Source: Asterias rubens
Lineage: Eukaryota
DNA length: 64,000 nt
Reading direction: 5' to 3'
Assembly: GCF_902459465.1 (NCBI RefSeq)
Contig: NC_047070.1
Span: 19,468,001-19,532,000 of the forward strand
The notes beneath the pieces were generated by a model that was not told the DNA's origin, searched no databases, and saw nothing but the letters and a program-made list of their open reading frames with translations. Position 1 is the stretch's first letter, and every line of letters starts with the position of its first letter. Of the stretch, positions 1 to 14,800 are shown in pieces. The translations under genes and the position numbers were made by a program.

Positions 1-263
1 GCCATAGTTTTCGAGAAAGAAGTAATTTTCCACGAATTTGATTTCAAGACCTCAGATTTAGAACTTGAGGTCTCGAAATCAACCATCTGAACGCACACAA
101 GTTCGTGTGACATAGGTGTTTTTTTCTTACATTAATATCTCGCAAGTTCGATGACCGATTGAGCTCAAATTTTCACAGGTTTGTTATTTTATGCATATGT
201 TGAGATACACCAACTGTGAAGGCTAGTCTTTGACAATTACCAATAGTGTCCACTGCCTTTAAA
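1..263 (+). mobile_element. Kolobok/T2-like MITE family A (cut by the window edge)
   Basis: Right end ...AATTACCAATAGTGTCCACTGCCT+TTAA. Confidence 0.9.
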
Positions 264-2470
264 TTAGCGTGTGAACGTGGTGATCCGTGGATGGGAAAAT
301 TCCAACGGAAGCCCCCTTCAGAAATTATTCATATTGAATTACCGCTTCCATTTATTACTCATGATTTGCCGCATATTATTGCTGGCTGTATTACTAGTAT
401 TACGAGGAAGTTAAGTACGAGTGTTATTGTTAACATCCATAACTTTATTGTAGTTATAAGCAATCCCGGTGTGTTTATTCAAAACAAGCAAATTTGACGA
501 CCACCAAACTATTATTAAGGACCCAAAGAAGCATATACATCAATTGTAACCAAAGTTTATCGTACATTAAGTGAACAATGAAACGTCTCTTAATTTAATA
601 CAACGTCTGTACTTTTTAAAAATTAAACTGTTCCTACCTGTGCATATGATGACTAGACACACTGATAAAATTCCCCACCAAACTCTGTTCCTCCATGACC
701 AATTCATCCTGTACTTTCTCTTGCCTCCAAACCACAAGACAGAAAGATCTATGAGCTCTCTAACAACACGCACACTGCTCTCCTACTACATAAATCTTGC
801 CTCGTAGAGTCTGAAAGTACGACTCAAATCGTTCCTTTTCCTCGCTCCGAGTTGACGTAGAAATTCCTGTCGCGTTTATACCGACCGAACTGATGAGACC
901 GAATTTCCAAGCTTGGTTCTATTGTCGTTAGAGCTCCATACAGATATGATCCAATACTACTGCTATACGTAAAGCGAAGACCCAACACGCGAGAAACGTC
1001 AAATGGTCCACTTTTAATGTCTGCCTAAAAAATTGTCAGAAATAAGTGAAGAATCCATAGCAAATTACGCACAAATTTCCCAATGGTAAAGCTTGCAATC
1101 TTTTGACGGTATGATAGTTTGATCATACTAGTTTAACTCTTGTATTTAGTATTCTGTATGCGTGATGAATTAAGTAGGAAAGATAAGCACACTTTATTGC
1201 TATAGGGGTGGAGCTTCAATAAGTTCGTCACGTGACGCTTGGGGCTGTCATTTATATTAAGCTCTGTTTAGTCACAATATAGAATATTGACGATATACTG
1301 CCCTGATTACCCTATGGACGATGACACTGTGCTTTGCTCCATCAAAGGACACAGGGTGAAAATTAAGAAATAACTAACGAATCTTTTCGTACACATGTAG
1401 AATGTTAATATGCATGGAATACTGAACTCATAGACTGCTATACTGTGATTTGAAACTAGAAAATTTGCTGAAATTGGTAGTATAATTTTACAGTTTGTGA
1501 TTTCATAGGACTTTGCCTGGGTATCCCTTGAACCTAAGCCTTATTTATAAGATTCAAAATAGTCTATTTTGATTTTCTTATTAGATTTATATGCAGACTG
1601 GAACGGTTCATAGCGCGAAATTAATGATATATCTTTCAGCAACAGATGTTACCAGCAGGGTCAACAATGTCACCTACAGCTTGTTTATTGATTCTTCTTT
1701 ATGTGAAGAAAGGATGAGATCGATGCAATTAACAAGTACAGAGAGTGAAGTCAACCAACGTAATGGGGGTAGCGCCCCCTACGATCACACAAGGGTGTGA
1801 ATATCACGGTTTCATCATACCATTGGTGTTTGGGGGCCGGGGGGGGGGGGGCTATTCAAGTTAACCATTGACTCTCTGATGACAACAGAAATTAATTATG
1901 AATTCATTTATCCGTTTAATATTATAAAAAGGTGAATCCATTCCACATTCTAAGTTTAGAAAGTCGATACACACAGTTTAAGAGGAATGCATGCAGTTCC
2001 CTTTAAACTGTATTTATTTCTAATGTGACCTTCAGTAGGTCATTACAAACCTGTATAATGAAGCTGGTGTGATTGCAGAAACACCATCAGTTCATTAAAG
2101 AAGCCGACAGAGGCTTCGGATGAAAAATTTTGAAAGAGCAAAGGAAAATGTACAGAGACTGTCTTTGGGATGATTCTTTCATGTACTGCAATTATCTTAT
2201 ATAATAGCCACTTAATTTTAGTTCAAGCTGTGAATTTATTTCTCAAGAAGACACCTTCTGGTTTTTTAATTGATTCCAAACAATGTTTGTATCTTAAGTT
2301 TGGCAGATAAGCTTAAACTGTTTGTTTATTTAGCTCAACTTGAAATAAAAAAATAAAAAATACATGATTATAATGTTTAATTGATGCTGGATAAAGTTAT
2401 CGGGAAAAAAGACGAGGAGATACCCAATTATTTGAGGTCGTTGGAAAGGAATAATGTAGAGAAAATTTAA

Positions 2471-2650
2471 CACGCTCAAGAATTGCAAAGGGCGTGGGTT
2501 CGAATCCACCTAGAGTAACTGTGCAACACGCTCAAGAATTGCAAAGGGCGTGGGTTCGAATCCACCTAGAGTAACTGTGCAGCACGCTCAAGAATTGCAA
2601 AGGGCGTGGGTTCGAATCCACCTAGAGTAACTGTGCCTGTGATTTCCTTT
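2471..2650 (+). mobile_element. tRNA-derived SINE head, 56-bp B-box unit in three tandem copies
   Basis: Units start at 2471, 2527 and 2583; GGTTCGAATCC B-box; matches the single copy at 12221. Confidence 0.75.
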
Positions 2651-5178
2651 TGTCACAGAACACGTTGGTTGGTTTTATTGGAGTTTATAAATTTAGAATC
2701 TGGAACCTCGACCCTTTGTGAAGTCTTCTAAGGCAGTACCTTGTCTTAACACCTCTTAATATAGACCCGAATGAAAACCATATCCTCTTTCACACGGTAA
2801 CAATAATGTTTCTCTCGGGTTACCAATGAAATATAAAACATATCAGTATCTGACTGCAACTTCCTAGAAAGCATTTTTGATTGACCATTTCATGAAGCTG
2901 TCACCGGAGAAATCAAAGCAACTATTATTAATAGAGAAATAAAAACTTCCAAGGAGTCGTATTAAAGTTATCCTCAAACAGGAACTGCAGAGGAGCGGGT
3001 TTAATAACCCAATCAGGTTCAGGATGTAGTTTGATGAGATATGGCTGCTGTTGTTTATTAATTATCAAGGACCTCATAGTGATTAAATGACATCTTCAAG
3101 ATAATTTATCACCCAGAAAAGCAATTAGTTGCAGTGTGTATAAGTGTCCTTCATCTAGTTATATTGGAACTATATAAGAAACTAGTTTTATTAAACAAAA
3201 AGAGTGCTCAGATTGGTTTTGTACAGACTTTGTTCCACTTTAAATTGGATTGTGTTCAAACCTATTAAATTTTTACATTGAAGCAAGTTTTATAAAGAAA
3301 ACATCGTGGGTCCAGAATTCCTAATAAAAAAACAAAGGCCAGACAATTCATGTCTTAGCCCACAAGGATAAAAATCTTTTACTTACCTTTTACAAAATAT
3401 TTTACATATTTCGAGGACAAACAATTAGCCATTTTTTGTATTGGTAATAATTTGAAAATAATGATGTTATTAGAATACTTTTCAGTTATTGTTTTATCTC
3501 GTTTTTATCGACGGGTAAAACAAAAATCCAAAAAGATTGTGTGAGCTTAGAAGGTACCCGACGTATATGTATGTTTGATAAATCATTTTGACTAAATAAT
3601 AATTGAAAACAAAACATACTTATTTGAAAACGAAATTATTCCTTTATTCAAGTTTCTTCTAACTTTTTTAATCCACTACAAAAAACAATTACGTCATGAA
3701 CCTATTAACGAAAAACATATTGCTACAGTCCAACTGCTCGTTGTAATGTTGTAGTGAATACATATTGCTATAACTTGTGTAGGTAAACATTGTCTCTTCA
3801 TGCTAATGGGAGATTGTTCGTTTTGTTGTAATGCAACGTATTGAATACTGCCCTCTATTGAAATTCATTCGTCAGAGATTTGTTTGCTCGTCTTCGTAAC
3901 ATAAACAGGCAGTGTGTCGGTCTATTGTCCAAAAAGATTACTTAATAATTATAAAATGAACACTGCAAACATCTTACTTAGGTTAAACATGAAATAAATA
4001 CATTTTTAAAGAATGTTTTGGAGTACCGTACCAGCCGATTTCAAATTTCCAATTACGAAACAAACTTATGTAACTTTATACAATTTTAATAACTGTTCGA
4101 ATTCTGGTTGACCTTGTGAAGTTCATCAAAACAGTAAATTTTTTAGAATGTCAACATCCATCATTGTTCAAAAACCAAGGCGTAAATACACTGCAAATAA
4201 AAACACACTTTTAATCTCTAACATTCTTAAAAAGTAAAGTAAACAAATTAATTAGATGATTAAGAAGAACACCATTAATTTTACTACTTAGGGCTCCACA
4301 GATAGATACACTATACATCAGTAAATAAACTGCCTTCGGTGAAATGATTACCAATCGCCAAAAAAACAAAAACAAAAACATCGAAAGTTTTTGGGTCATC
4401 ATTTTTTAACGCAGAGCTAAATCTCTTTTAAGAAAATTTACCCGTCAGTAAAAACGTCTGCGGTCATGTCAACTTTGGAAAACAAAAGGACATCAATAAA
4501 CTTGTTCAACTGAAAATGGTGATACAACTTTTAATTCAGGTACATATATTATAGTCGGACCCCGATGTATATTGAATAAATAGTTTGGTTACATAGTTAT
4601 TGTGATAATAGATCATAATGATGACATACCTTAAAGGAAATGTCTGCGAAAACAATAAAACAATAAAATCACACATGCGGCACAAATTTTGTTTCATATA
4701 TTATAAGCATTTCATTTTAAGAGATATCTCTTCTACTTAATTGCAGCAAAGTGCATGTTCATGACACTATCATAAAGTAATTGACAAGACTGAATCGAGG
4801 GCCGCTTTTGTCGTTGATTAGAACAAAAATGAATAAAACAACTTCCTGCAACCATAAAGTACCTCAGTGGGACATGATAACATGCAAAATACTATCATGT
4901 AAGAATTGGAGAACATGCGTTTATAGTTATCATCCAGTCATGATTACTTGTCATTTTCAACACCTTTGAAAGGATATACAAATCACTTCACTTTTACATT
5001 CATCGTCTTTTCCCCACTTTGACAACATCAAGGCGCAACCAAAAGTAACTTCGCATATACTGTGTGTTTACCTGTATGATTAGTTATTTCAAAAGTAATG
5101 TTCAATTTCACAGCATTTTGACAATGGAAGACTTTTGCCGGCTGGAAACAAGATCCATCTTAAAATATGACGGCTGTT

Positions 5179-5810
5179 TCATGTAATATGCCCAATGATT
5201 ATAAATAATGTGGATAGCATTCCTACAACATAAAGCACCATGAAAACCCTGTCAACCATCATAGCAACTTGTTTCCATTCTGCTTGCATGATGGCATCGT
5301 CCTCTTTATCCTCAAAGTTACTCCGGATACATTTAAACTCATCCAGGATTTGTTGCAACATTGTCAATTCCTGTAAACGGAACGACTTCCCCTCCGTGGG
5401 ATGGTGAGTGAACGCCCTCTTGTGAGCATTCGTAGTTCGGTTTCTAATCTCACCCTCGTTCCCAGATGACGAGCTATTACCGTCGAGGTTGACCATGCTA
5501 TTGCCTACCACGTGATCATTCTCAAATGTATCCTGCATTTCAACTGTGGAAAAGAATTTCTTATGGGCTCGTTTTCTTCTTCTACCGGCGCATCCATTAT
5601 TATTCTTGGTATCCCGGATTATATTCTCTCTCTTATCGAAGGCAGTTATTTTCCTCATCAGGATGAATCTAACCAACCGACCCATCATGATCTTACGAAG
5701 CCATGGTGGAACTGGCCTGGTCGATGGCCCTCTGTGGTGCAGATTCAGGACCACGACAGACATCGCTAGTGACAATGACACCATGACCATTGTAGAGGCG
5801 TAGTAAATGG
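5179..5810 (-). CDS. nAChR exon 7 (M3, cytoplasmic loop, M4, stop)
   Basis: TTGATTGCAG acceptor; VLNLHHRGP, VPPWLRK, EWKQVAMMVDR; TGA at 5181-5179. Confidence 0.96.
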
Positions 5811-8800
5811 CTGCAATCAAACATAAAATATGTGACAATTGAATAACTATTGAGCCATCCTATGAACTTAAAGGCGTCTTCTCTATGCATCCATCTTCTT
5901 TTAACCCACTGCGATGTCTTAAGTTTCATTCATCATGACATTCCACAGATTAGAAACAAGGCATAAGTTGTTGTCACATAAAATAGATGTCCGCGAATCA
6001 TCGACTTTCATGATCGGTTTTAAAATGGAATTATATATTATTCATTTCAGCGCACGTCAAAGCCAAAGTTGGATTGCACATGACGTCACTGACCATACAC
6101 TGACCACCATTTTTGTAGAACAATGGACACATTCCCACGTGTACGAACTGCGCTAGACTCTCAAGCCAATGTTAAGCCTTTCAAGCATGCACGTTCTATC
6201 AATAATGGCGGCCATTGCATGCGAGGGGTCTTTTAAAATGGCGGTCATTGCATGCGAGGGGTCCTTTAGGGTGCGTTCGATTAGCTTCCTCGGGTCGACC
6301 CCGGTGTGTTGCGTTCTCTTTTTCCAGGACGAACGTGTGCAGATAATTACCCACGTTCGTCCTGGGAAAAAAACCAGCCACACACTGGGGTCGACCCAGG
6401 GAGGCTAAACGAACGCACCCATAAATTTGTTGGGTTTTGTTTTACCACATATCAAGCAAGTCAATAATGTCCCACCACCTGGTTCCCCCTTACCAATGAT
6501 AGGCACTGCTCCAGACGGTGGTAGTAACTCAGCTACTAGGAGTAGAAACACCGTCAAGGACAACAGCACCGTGATACCAAGGCTCACTTTCTCACCAGAC
6601 TCAGCTGGTAGAAAGAAACTCAGTAACGTAGTGCAGGCAATCAAACAACATGGCATTATTAGATAGAAAACGAAGTATGTTGGTATCCGCATCAGCTCGA
6701 TGGAATACTCCACGTAGGTGAAGTTTACTAGCGGGTCATCTGGATAGATCTGGTATGGTTGCTTGTCGTTTTTGGCTTGGAAATCCATGATTTTCCACTC
6801 ACCGGAACTGCGAAGGTACATCTCAGCTGAGCCTGTTCATTTGATAAACAATCAAAGATTAAAACAATAAATACCATAGCAAGCATAACTATCAATACTG
6901 TGTTTAGAAAAATCGATTGTTTCTATTTGATATTAATTTTTCTGACTTTGTCTCTCCCTGAAAACTTTGTTAACTTCGATCTTGTTTAGATATTGAATTG
7001 AAACGAGACCACAACTTCTCTTGAAGACAATCAGAGCATACTGATCGAAACGTTGAGTTGTCAACCACCTGTTTTTTCAGAACCACCACTACTCAAAAAG
7101 AGAATTTTTATATAGTGCCACCGCAGACCTCTCTTATACTCCCACCCTACACAATTTCAACTCCTACTTGCTATGATTGTCTACTCATTTAGAAGCTTTG
7201 ATTGACTCTGCAATTGTAACGGTTATCAGCATTAAAACTTCATCTCTCACCGGTTCCTTCAAGCATGATCTCGTTGGCACCATGTTGCCATGGGCCAAAT
7301 GTTACCGTACATTTCTGTCTGTCGAAAGGGAAGTTAGTGACATCCATGGTGCAGTGTGTTTTAATGATTGAGGGCGATTGCCAGACTACTTTGCCATCAA
7401 AATACACGCTACATATGGAGTTCTTGGCGTAGTCCTCGTATCGACTCCCAGCACTGCATGGAAAATAAAAACACATTGGGTTTATTGGACGAATCAGCAT
7501 TAGGAGAATAGTAGCCCATAAACACTACATTTTACTCTTATTCGAGTGAATTTGATTCCATTTCTGGGAATCAGCGAGTAAAAATTAGCTGATTAAAGGT
7601 CATATTGAAATACAATATCACCTCTCTATATTGTGACCAATAAACAAATAATTTGAAATCTGTGATGTATCGAGTGAACCATATTGCTCAATTTACCAAT
7701 ATTCGCAAAATGGTAATTTTGTAATCAGTGTGAATGTAGATACATTGCAAAAATCGGGGTGTTAAATTGACACATTGGGTGATGTCATGCCCTAAATGGC
7801 ATCATACGGTGTTAAAATATCACTTGTGTAACTGTTTTGGCAAACATTATTTACTTGAAGAGTAAGTTGTACAGGACTTACTTATTGTATAACCAGAGGT
7901 CTGGCATCCACAAGTGTTCCTTTGAAACCTTGAAGTTTTCCAGTCCACTGTAGTCCTTTGGTTCCCAGACTAGGTATTCATCAATCCATCTCTGTTTATG
8001 GGAAATACAGGAGTTAAAGGAAAAGGTACACGTTTGGTAATTGTCAAAGACCAGTCTTCTCACTTGTTGTATCTCAACATAAGCATAAATTAACAAGCCT
8101 GTGAAAATTGTATGCTTATGCTGAGAAAAACTGGTCTTTGACAATTACCAATAGTGTCCAGTGTCTTTAAGATATTCTTATGATCTGTGAAATATAGTTT
8201 CTTTTGTGCGTCTTGTGAACTGAAGAAAGCTTTTCTAATTGAATAGTAAACTACGGAACCGTAGTGCCGCCACATGAACAAAAAACCTCTCTCTTGTCAT
8301 CGTACACAATAGGTTATCGTGTACGTACATGTACATTGATATATTATACATGATATAATTATTTTATTCGTGTTGCAGCTTTACGCTTCCGTAGTGAACC
8401 ATGTACTAAAAAATATATAAATATTTGTGAGGTATCATCCATTGTGAATGGTTTGTGGCGGGGAGTGCAGTGTATGTAATATGACCTTGAGAAACAACAC
8501 TTGACTTCGCAATCGTATGAAATCAAAAGTAAATATTCAGTTGACGCGTATACATATCAAACCCTTCGGCAATAGAATGAGCATAACAATTTACGCGTCC
8601 ATGAACAAATATCATGTAAGAGCCCTTCGTCATTTTCTCTCTCGGTATTGGTTATTGATACTAATTTTAATAAAACATTGCCCGACCACTTTCCCCTCAT
8701 GTCTTGGATTGAATACATTCAGGTAATACCTTGGTGAGCTAAACAAAACATATCTTCTTGATTGCCCAGAATCTGGATTTTCAGACTAGCTACTCAAGAC

Positions 8801-11800
8801 AGACTGCGAGTATGACCTTAAAGCAAATATAGGACGCAGTCTGTGAACATCTGAACCATACGTAGGGAGATATAGGACGCAGTCTGTGAACATCTGAACC
8901 ATACGTAGGGAGATATAGGACGCAGTCTGTGAACATCTGAACCATACGTAGGGAGCAGTCATGATTTGATTGGTGATCAATCCGAAGGTACGGTGATAAC
9001 TGGACTAAATCCGACCATGGAAGTCTGATTAAGACGAAGAAAATCCTTATTGCTTAAAGGAAGAACCCAAGGATGTACTGTCTGAGTACTTTATTATTTG
9101 TTTGAATTGTATCTTCTTTGTTTTTAACAAACAATTTTTTGTCAGTGATAAGTGATAAGTAATATTAAATATCATCACCCCCACTGGATTATAGTTATGA
9201 TTGTAGCGGCCGATTTCACAAAGAGCTAAGATTGATCTTAACTGCAAATCAGTCGTAGTTGCTCAGTGAATTGTGATGTCACAATACAAATCACTATGGT
9301 GATACTGTAATATTTGTCTTACGATGGATTGTATTGCTTTGTGAAATCAGGCCCAGGTATGCATTAATAACAAACGATAGCATTGCAATACTCTCACCAT
9401 GGTCAGCCATGCGTTGATTTTGAATGTTTCCAGGCGTTCATCCTGTAAATGAAAATATAAGAAGTGGATTGGATTCACCTTGAGGTCAAACAATTAATTA
9501 TTAGCAGTTGTCATGACTTGAATGCATTCCTGACTGTCACAACTCAACTATCTCAATATTCATCCAGGCAAATCGCCAGGGACACAAGTCTTCAATTCAA
9601 GGGTTGTGAAAGCTTTCTCAATATCATGATAGCTTTATTTCAATAAACCGATAATACATATCATTCAGCATTGGAATTTATTGACAAGAACCCAAACATG
9701 TGCGTTGGTATTTTCAGTATAAATATTTGGTTTTCAAGCAGCTTCTTCGGAATGAATGAAACTTTTGTGGAGCTCGTGTACCACTTGTGTATGTATAACT
9801 ATATGAAAAACAAGGCACTTAGTGTACACACTGGACACTATTGGTAATTGTCAAAGACTAGTCTGCTCACTTGCTGTATCTCAACATATTCATAAAACAA
9901 CATACCTGTGAAAATTTGAGCTCAATCGGTTGTCGAAGATAATAATGAAAGAAAAACCACCCTTGTCACACGAAGTTGTGTGCTTTCAGATGCTTGATTT
10001 CGAGACCTCAAATTCTAAAACTGAGGTCTTGAAATCAAATTGGTGGAAATTTACTTCTTTCTCGAAAACTACGTTATGCCTATTTCAGAGGGAGCCGTTT
10101 CTCACAATGTTTTATAATATCAACATCTCCCCATTAATCGTTACCAAGTAAGTTTTTATGCTAATAATTATTTTGAGTAATTACCAATAGTGTCCACCGC
10201 CTGCAAAACACTCGTGTACGTACACTGTGTCCGTATAAAAAAACAAGACACTTAGTGTACTTAAGTGAGTCACTTGTGTAATTATGCAAGTTACCTGTAT
10301 CTTAAAGCACGACACTTAAACACTTAAGAAAGACACGTGAGCCATTTGCCTCAAGGTAATACCGCCCTCTGTGTCCATTCCAGACTTACCACGTCTAACA
10401 CTTGCGCAACAAAGAACTGCATCTGCACGACTGTTGGGAAACTATCATTGATGACTGGGCGAACTGAATTGTCATATTCACTATTGTTGTGGAACAAGTC
10501 ATGTCGGAGACGCCTATGGGGCTCCGAAGCAAACAAACCTGATTAGAAATTACAAACGGATGTTAAAGTTGAATATTTGTGCTATTTAGGGTGTATGGGA
10601 CATTAATTAACGCAACGATGTGATATATGCTACCATTAACAAAACCAGATGGCAATGCAAGTTAAATGGAAAAGAGAATAATATAAATCACCATTTGAAA
10701 TTAGTCAGGAGCGATGTTTCACTGAAACTGTGAGAAATCAAGAACATGACAAAAACAACAAATTCGTGTAATGTAAAGCTTAATTGGAGTAACTGTATGC
10801 TTGATGCATGGAGTTTCTACATTCCATTCTTGATGCATACTATTATTGATTGAAAATCTCACACATGTTTCATTGTCATTGTTATTATTGTATATCGATT
10901 AAATGTGATGATTAATTCATCTGCTATCCACTGACGAGGTATTTGCACAAATCCAACTATTTATCAAGGTCAAAACAGGTAATATAATGCACAAGTTCAA
11001 CTACTCAATGTCAAGGCAAGAAAACATAGACAGAAATCCCTTTTTTTAAGCAAGGCCTGAAAGGAAACATAACATACAAATTCAGCATTTCCATAGCGAT
11101 GGCAGGCCAGGTAACGTACACAAGAAATCATCATTTTTTCTAAAGCATAAAGACTCGTATTTTTCATTACTAATACACATTGGCACCCATAGTGACCACG
11201 CCCTTATAATTGTAACTGCCATGTTGTTTCTAAAATGAATCTTATCTTTACAAAAATCTTTCATATAAACCAAACCTCATTTGCACGAAAGCTTTTGTTG
11301 ATACTGAGTTAAGACTTAAAGGCAGTGGACACTATTGGTAAATACTCAAAATAATTATCAGCATAAAACCTCATTTGGTAACGAGTAATATGGAGAGGTT
11401 GATAGTATAAAACATTGTGAGAAACGGCTCCCTCTGAAGTGACGCAGTTTTCAAGAAAGATGTAATTTTCCACGAATTTGATTTCGAGACCTCAAGTTTA
11501 GAACTTGAGGTTTTGAAATCAACCATCTAAACGCACACAACTTCGTGTGACAAGGGTGTTTTTTCTTTCATTATTATCTCGCAACTTCGACGACCAACTG
11601 AGCTCAAATTTTCACAGGTTTGTTATTTCATGCATATATGTTGAGATACACCAAGTGAGAAGACTGGTCTTCGACAATTACCAATAGTGTCCACTGTCTT
11701 TAAGATCTTAAAGTGGGAGACCGAGAACTTTTCAAGACCTCCAGCACTGATGATGTCTTCATTGCTCTAAATTACACATACAAACATGTAATTAGCCAAA

Positions 11801-14800
11801 ACGATATACGTCAAAGACCGATGGCCAGACATGTTTTCTGGTCAGGGTCGCAGAGTGGGGGGCGACTTGATGGAAAGTCTACCAGCCTATAGCACTAGCC
11901 TTGGTTATAGCAATAACTCCCCTCCCCCACTGAGTACAACGTCGATTCTAAAACAATGGCCTTGAACATGGCACCATGAATCTGAACATCAATCGACAGG
12001 TGTAAAGACCTAATCTATAACGGCTTATCTCAGATATGTATAATCGTTATTAAACTTTAGATCAATTCAAAGATGGAAGCCAGTTAAACAAACTTCAGCC
12101 TTTACGTTGATTGTTTAATTAATACATATATATTAAAATGCATCGGGGATAAAGAATATGCCACTAGCTACCGGGCAATCTCGAACTGCCTCTAGCCTCT
12201 GCGCAATGTCGATGTTCTATTTAGTAAGACACTGCTCCAGAATTGCAAAGGTCGTGGGTTTGAATCCCACCCAAGTAATATGCCTGTGATTTTGTTCACA
12301 AAGCTCGACGGGAAAGTAGTGAGTATTAAGTGCTAACACACATCGATGTATTATGGATTGAAGTTTACAATACAGACAAACACGAATGTCAGTGTATGCT
12401 GATGTTGTCGTTTAAAATGACAACTTGATTTTAAATTGTAAAATTATTTGCTATACAGAGTTAGGGAACTAAATGAACTATGTACAACTTACGTCTTAAA
12501 AACATATCTATCGCGTGAAAAAAAATCTAAAGAATACGTGAAGAATATGATACTGCTGAGAAATGAAAACAAGACACAATAAAACATTTTTTTTTACAAA
12601 AATATGGCTGTGCATCGTTTTCTGTGAAGCTGTAAAGTGCTGTCAGATTATCAAGTTACAATACATGTTTAATATGATCACATTTCAGTTGAAGTATCAT
12701 GCTGGGTTCATCATACTAAAAAAAAACAAGAAACGAATTGTTTGATGGTTTCTTGGCTTACAAAAACCTGCCATGAGGAAGTATGATTGTAATGTAATTT
12801 GTGCGTCACGCTGTTCAGATGAGATATGCTTGAGGGGGTCAAACAGCATTTATAAGGCCTAATATAGGCCGGTCCTAAAGCGCGTTGGTCATGTACATTA
12901 TTCGGGTTTGTTTTTTCTTCTGTTCTTTCTACAAACTTGTATTTTGTTTTGATCTCGATGCCAACCACTAATTTTTGCAAATAAGCATTATTGTTCAAGA
13001 AGAAATCATTTACTTTAAGTCATTAAATATAAATATTTATGTTTTTTCTTTTCTTTTGATTGGAGCTCTAAGACTCCGTTTATTTTTCTCCAGTGGAAGT
13101 AAAGTACAAACATCTCCATCGGACATTAGCACATATACTGTTAGATCAATACATTAAGTACATTGTGGATACAAGAAGCTAATTAAAATGATATTACATA
13201 TCAAACAACAAGAACATAAAAACACTTAAAAAAAAGCAAATTTAAGTACATGCAAAAAAAAACCGTTAAACTTAAAACGAACGTAAAAGGACAGTAACTG
13301 AAAAGATGAACAACTTCAATTTACATCAAAACGTAAAATTCTCGTCTTTATTGAGGAAACAGCTACTTATTTTTATTTTTAAAATCTTGCCCAGAGCTCA
13401 TAAGTTATTTTAAAGTCTTGATTATGTTATTCTTGTATTTTAAACTCTGGTGGAACATTTTCTAAATCTCCAAGATCAAATTAAATTTTGTTTTCACAAA
13501 TGTCTCCATCTTTTAGCTGCAAGCACAATGTCATCATAATGGGAAATTTCTACTTGGTGTTAAAACCATACATTTCTTGACACTACATTTTAATTTCTTA
13601 TTAAAACAAATAAAAATACTGAATTCCGTTCAGAACCATTTTTAATAAAGGTGTAATGTTTTATAAATCTCTTATATTTAAATTAAATCTAGTTATCATA
13701 ACAGTCTCCATCTTTTAGCTGCAACCTCGTGTAACCATATGGAATTGCTACTTCATATTAAAACCATACCTTTCCCGACACTGCATTTCATTTTATTTAT
13801 TTCATTCCAAATAAATACTGAATTCCTTCTTTGAGACCCATTTTCAAATTGGTGCACGTATGATAGTGTATCCGTACCGGATAAGATACGCATTACGAGC
13901 CTATAGCCTGTGACTGTGAATAACAAGACGAAGACACCTTAATGTGTTATTGCTCACGCTGCAAGATGAGTTCCAATTTCTTGCTCATACTGCAAGATGA
14001 GTTCCAATTTCACATTATTGACTGCATAGTAATAATCACCTACCTAGCTAGCAGTTGTACGGAAATAGGCAGATATGTGTTACCTATATATCTATACTCA
14101 ACTACAGGTTTAATGCCGGAGTAAAAGTGGTCTTTGAAATGAGAAACACAAAAAAGAATCCATGAATTTAGCACATATTGTAAATAATTTTGGGTTGAAC
14201 AAAGAAAGTTTAATAAATCATAATTGGACTATTGTCTCCTAGAATCTGCCAATCATCGGGGAAAAATAAGCGTTTCTTTGATTGTTTATAATATGAATTC
14301 ATACTGTTTGCAGATAGGAAAACAGTATAGTTACGAACTAATAAATAATAAAAAACATGTGTTTTACACAGTACACAAGCAGATCAACGTGATCTTCCTT
14401 AGATACTTGTGAGGACATTTGATGATGAGGGTTTAATTAAATAAAGTCTCTCAGCCAGCATTAAATACAATTTTGATCAGTTTAGTGTATAAGCTTTGAT
14501 TTTAGTGGAAAGTACTTATTCTAAAAATAAATAAATACCATGTTTACCTTTAAAATAATTACTCGAGACAAACATTATCCAATAGTTGTAACTTTATTCA
14601 TTTCTCGTTTCTCTGAGATTCACCTTTATATTCTTTCTAGCTCTGGTAAATTTAAAGATATTCCATTTATTCCTATTATATACATTCGGATCTGTCCATA
14701 TTATTTTCAATGCAGACAGCAACGAGTTGCTCCGATTTCCCCTAAAAATAACCCCATAATAACACCAGCAGCTGTTTTGTAATAGGGTTGATACAGCAAC

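Noticed and set aside
886-1000. CTGATGAGACC...GAAACGTC as a hammerhead
   Set aside because: Helix I and helix II cannot be paired around the core; probably chance.
2471-2636. CRISPR array or tRNA gene cluster
   Set aside because: Repeats abut with no unique spacers, and there is no complete cloverleaf or A-box; it is a SINE fragment in a eukaryotic genome.
8828-8955. CRISPR-like repeat
   Set aside because: Plain head-to-tail minisatellite without spacers.
10621-11273. Other nearby nAChR exon 1 candidates
   Set aside because: In-frame stops or no usable ATG and donor.
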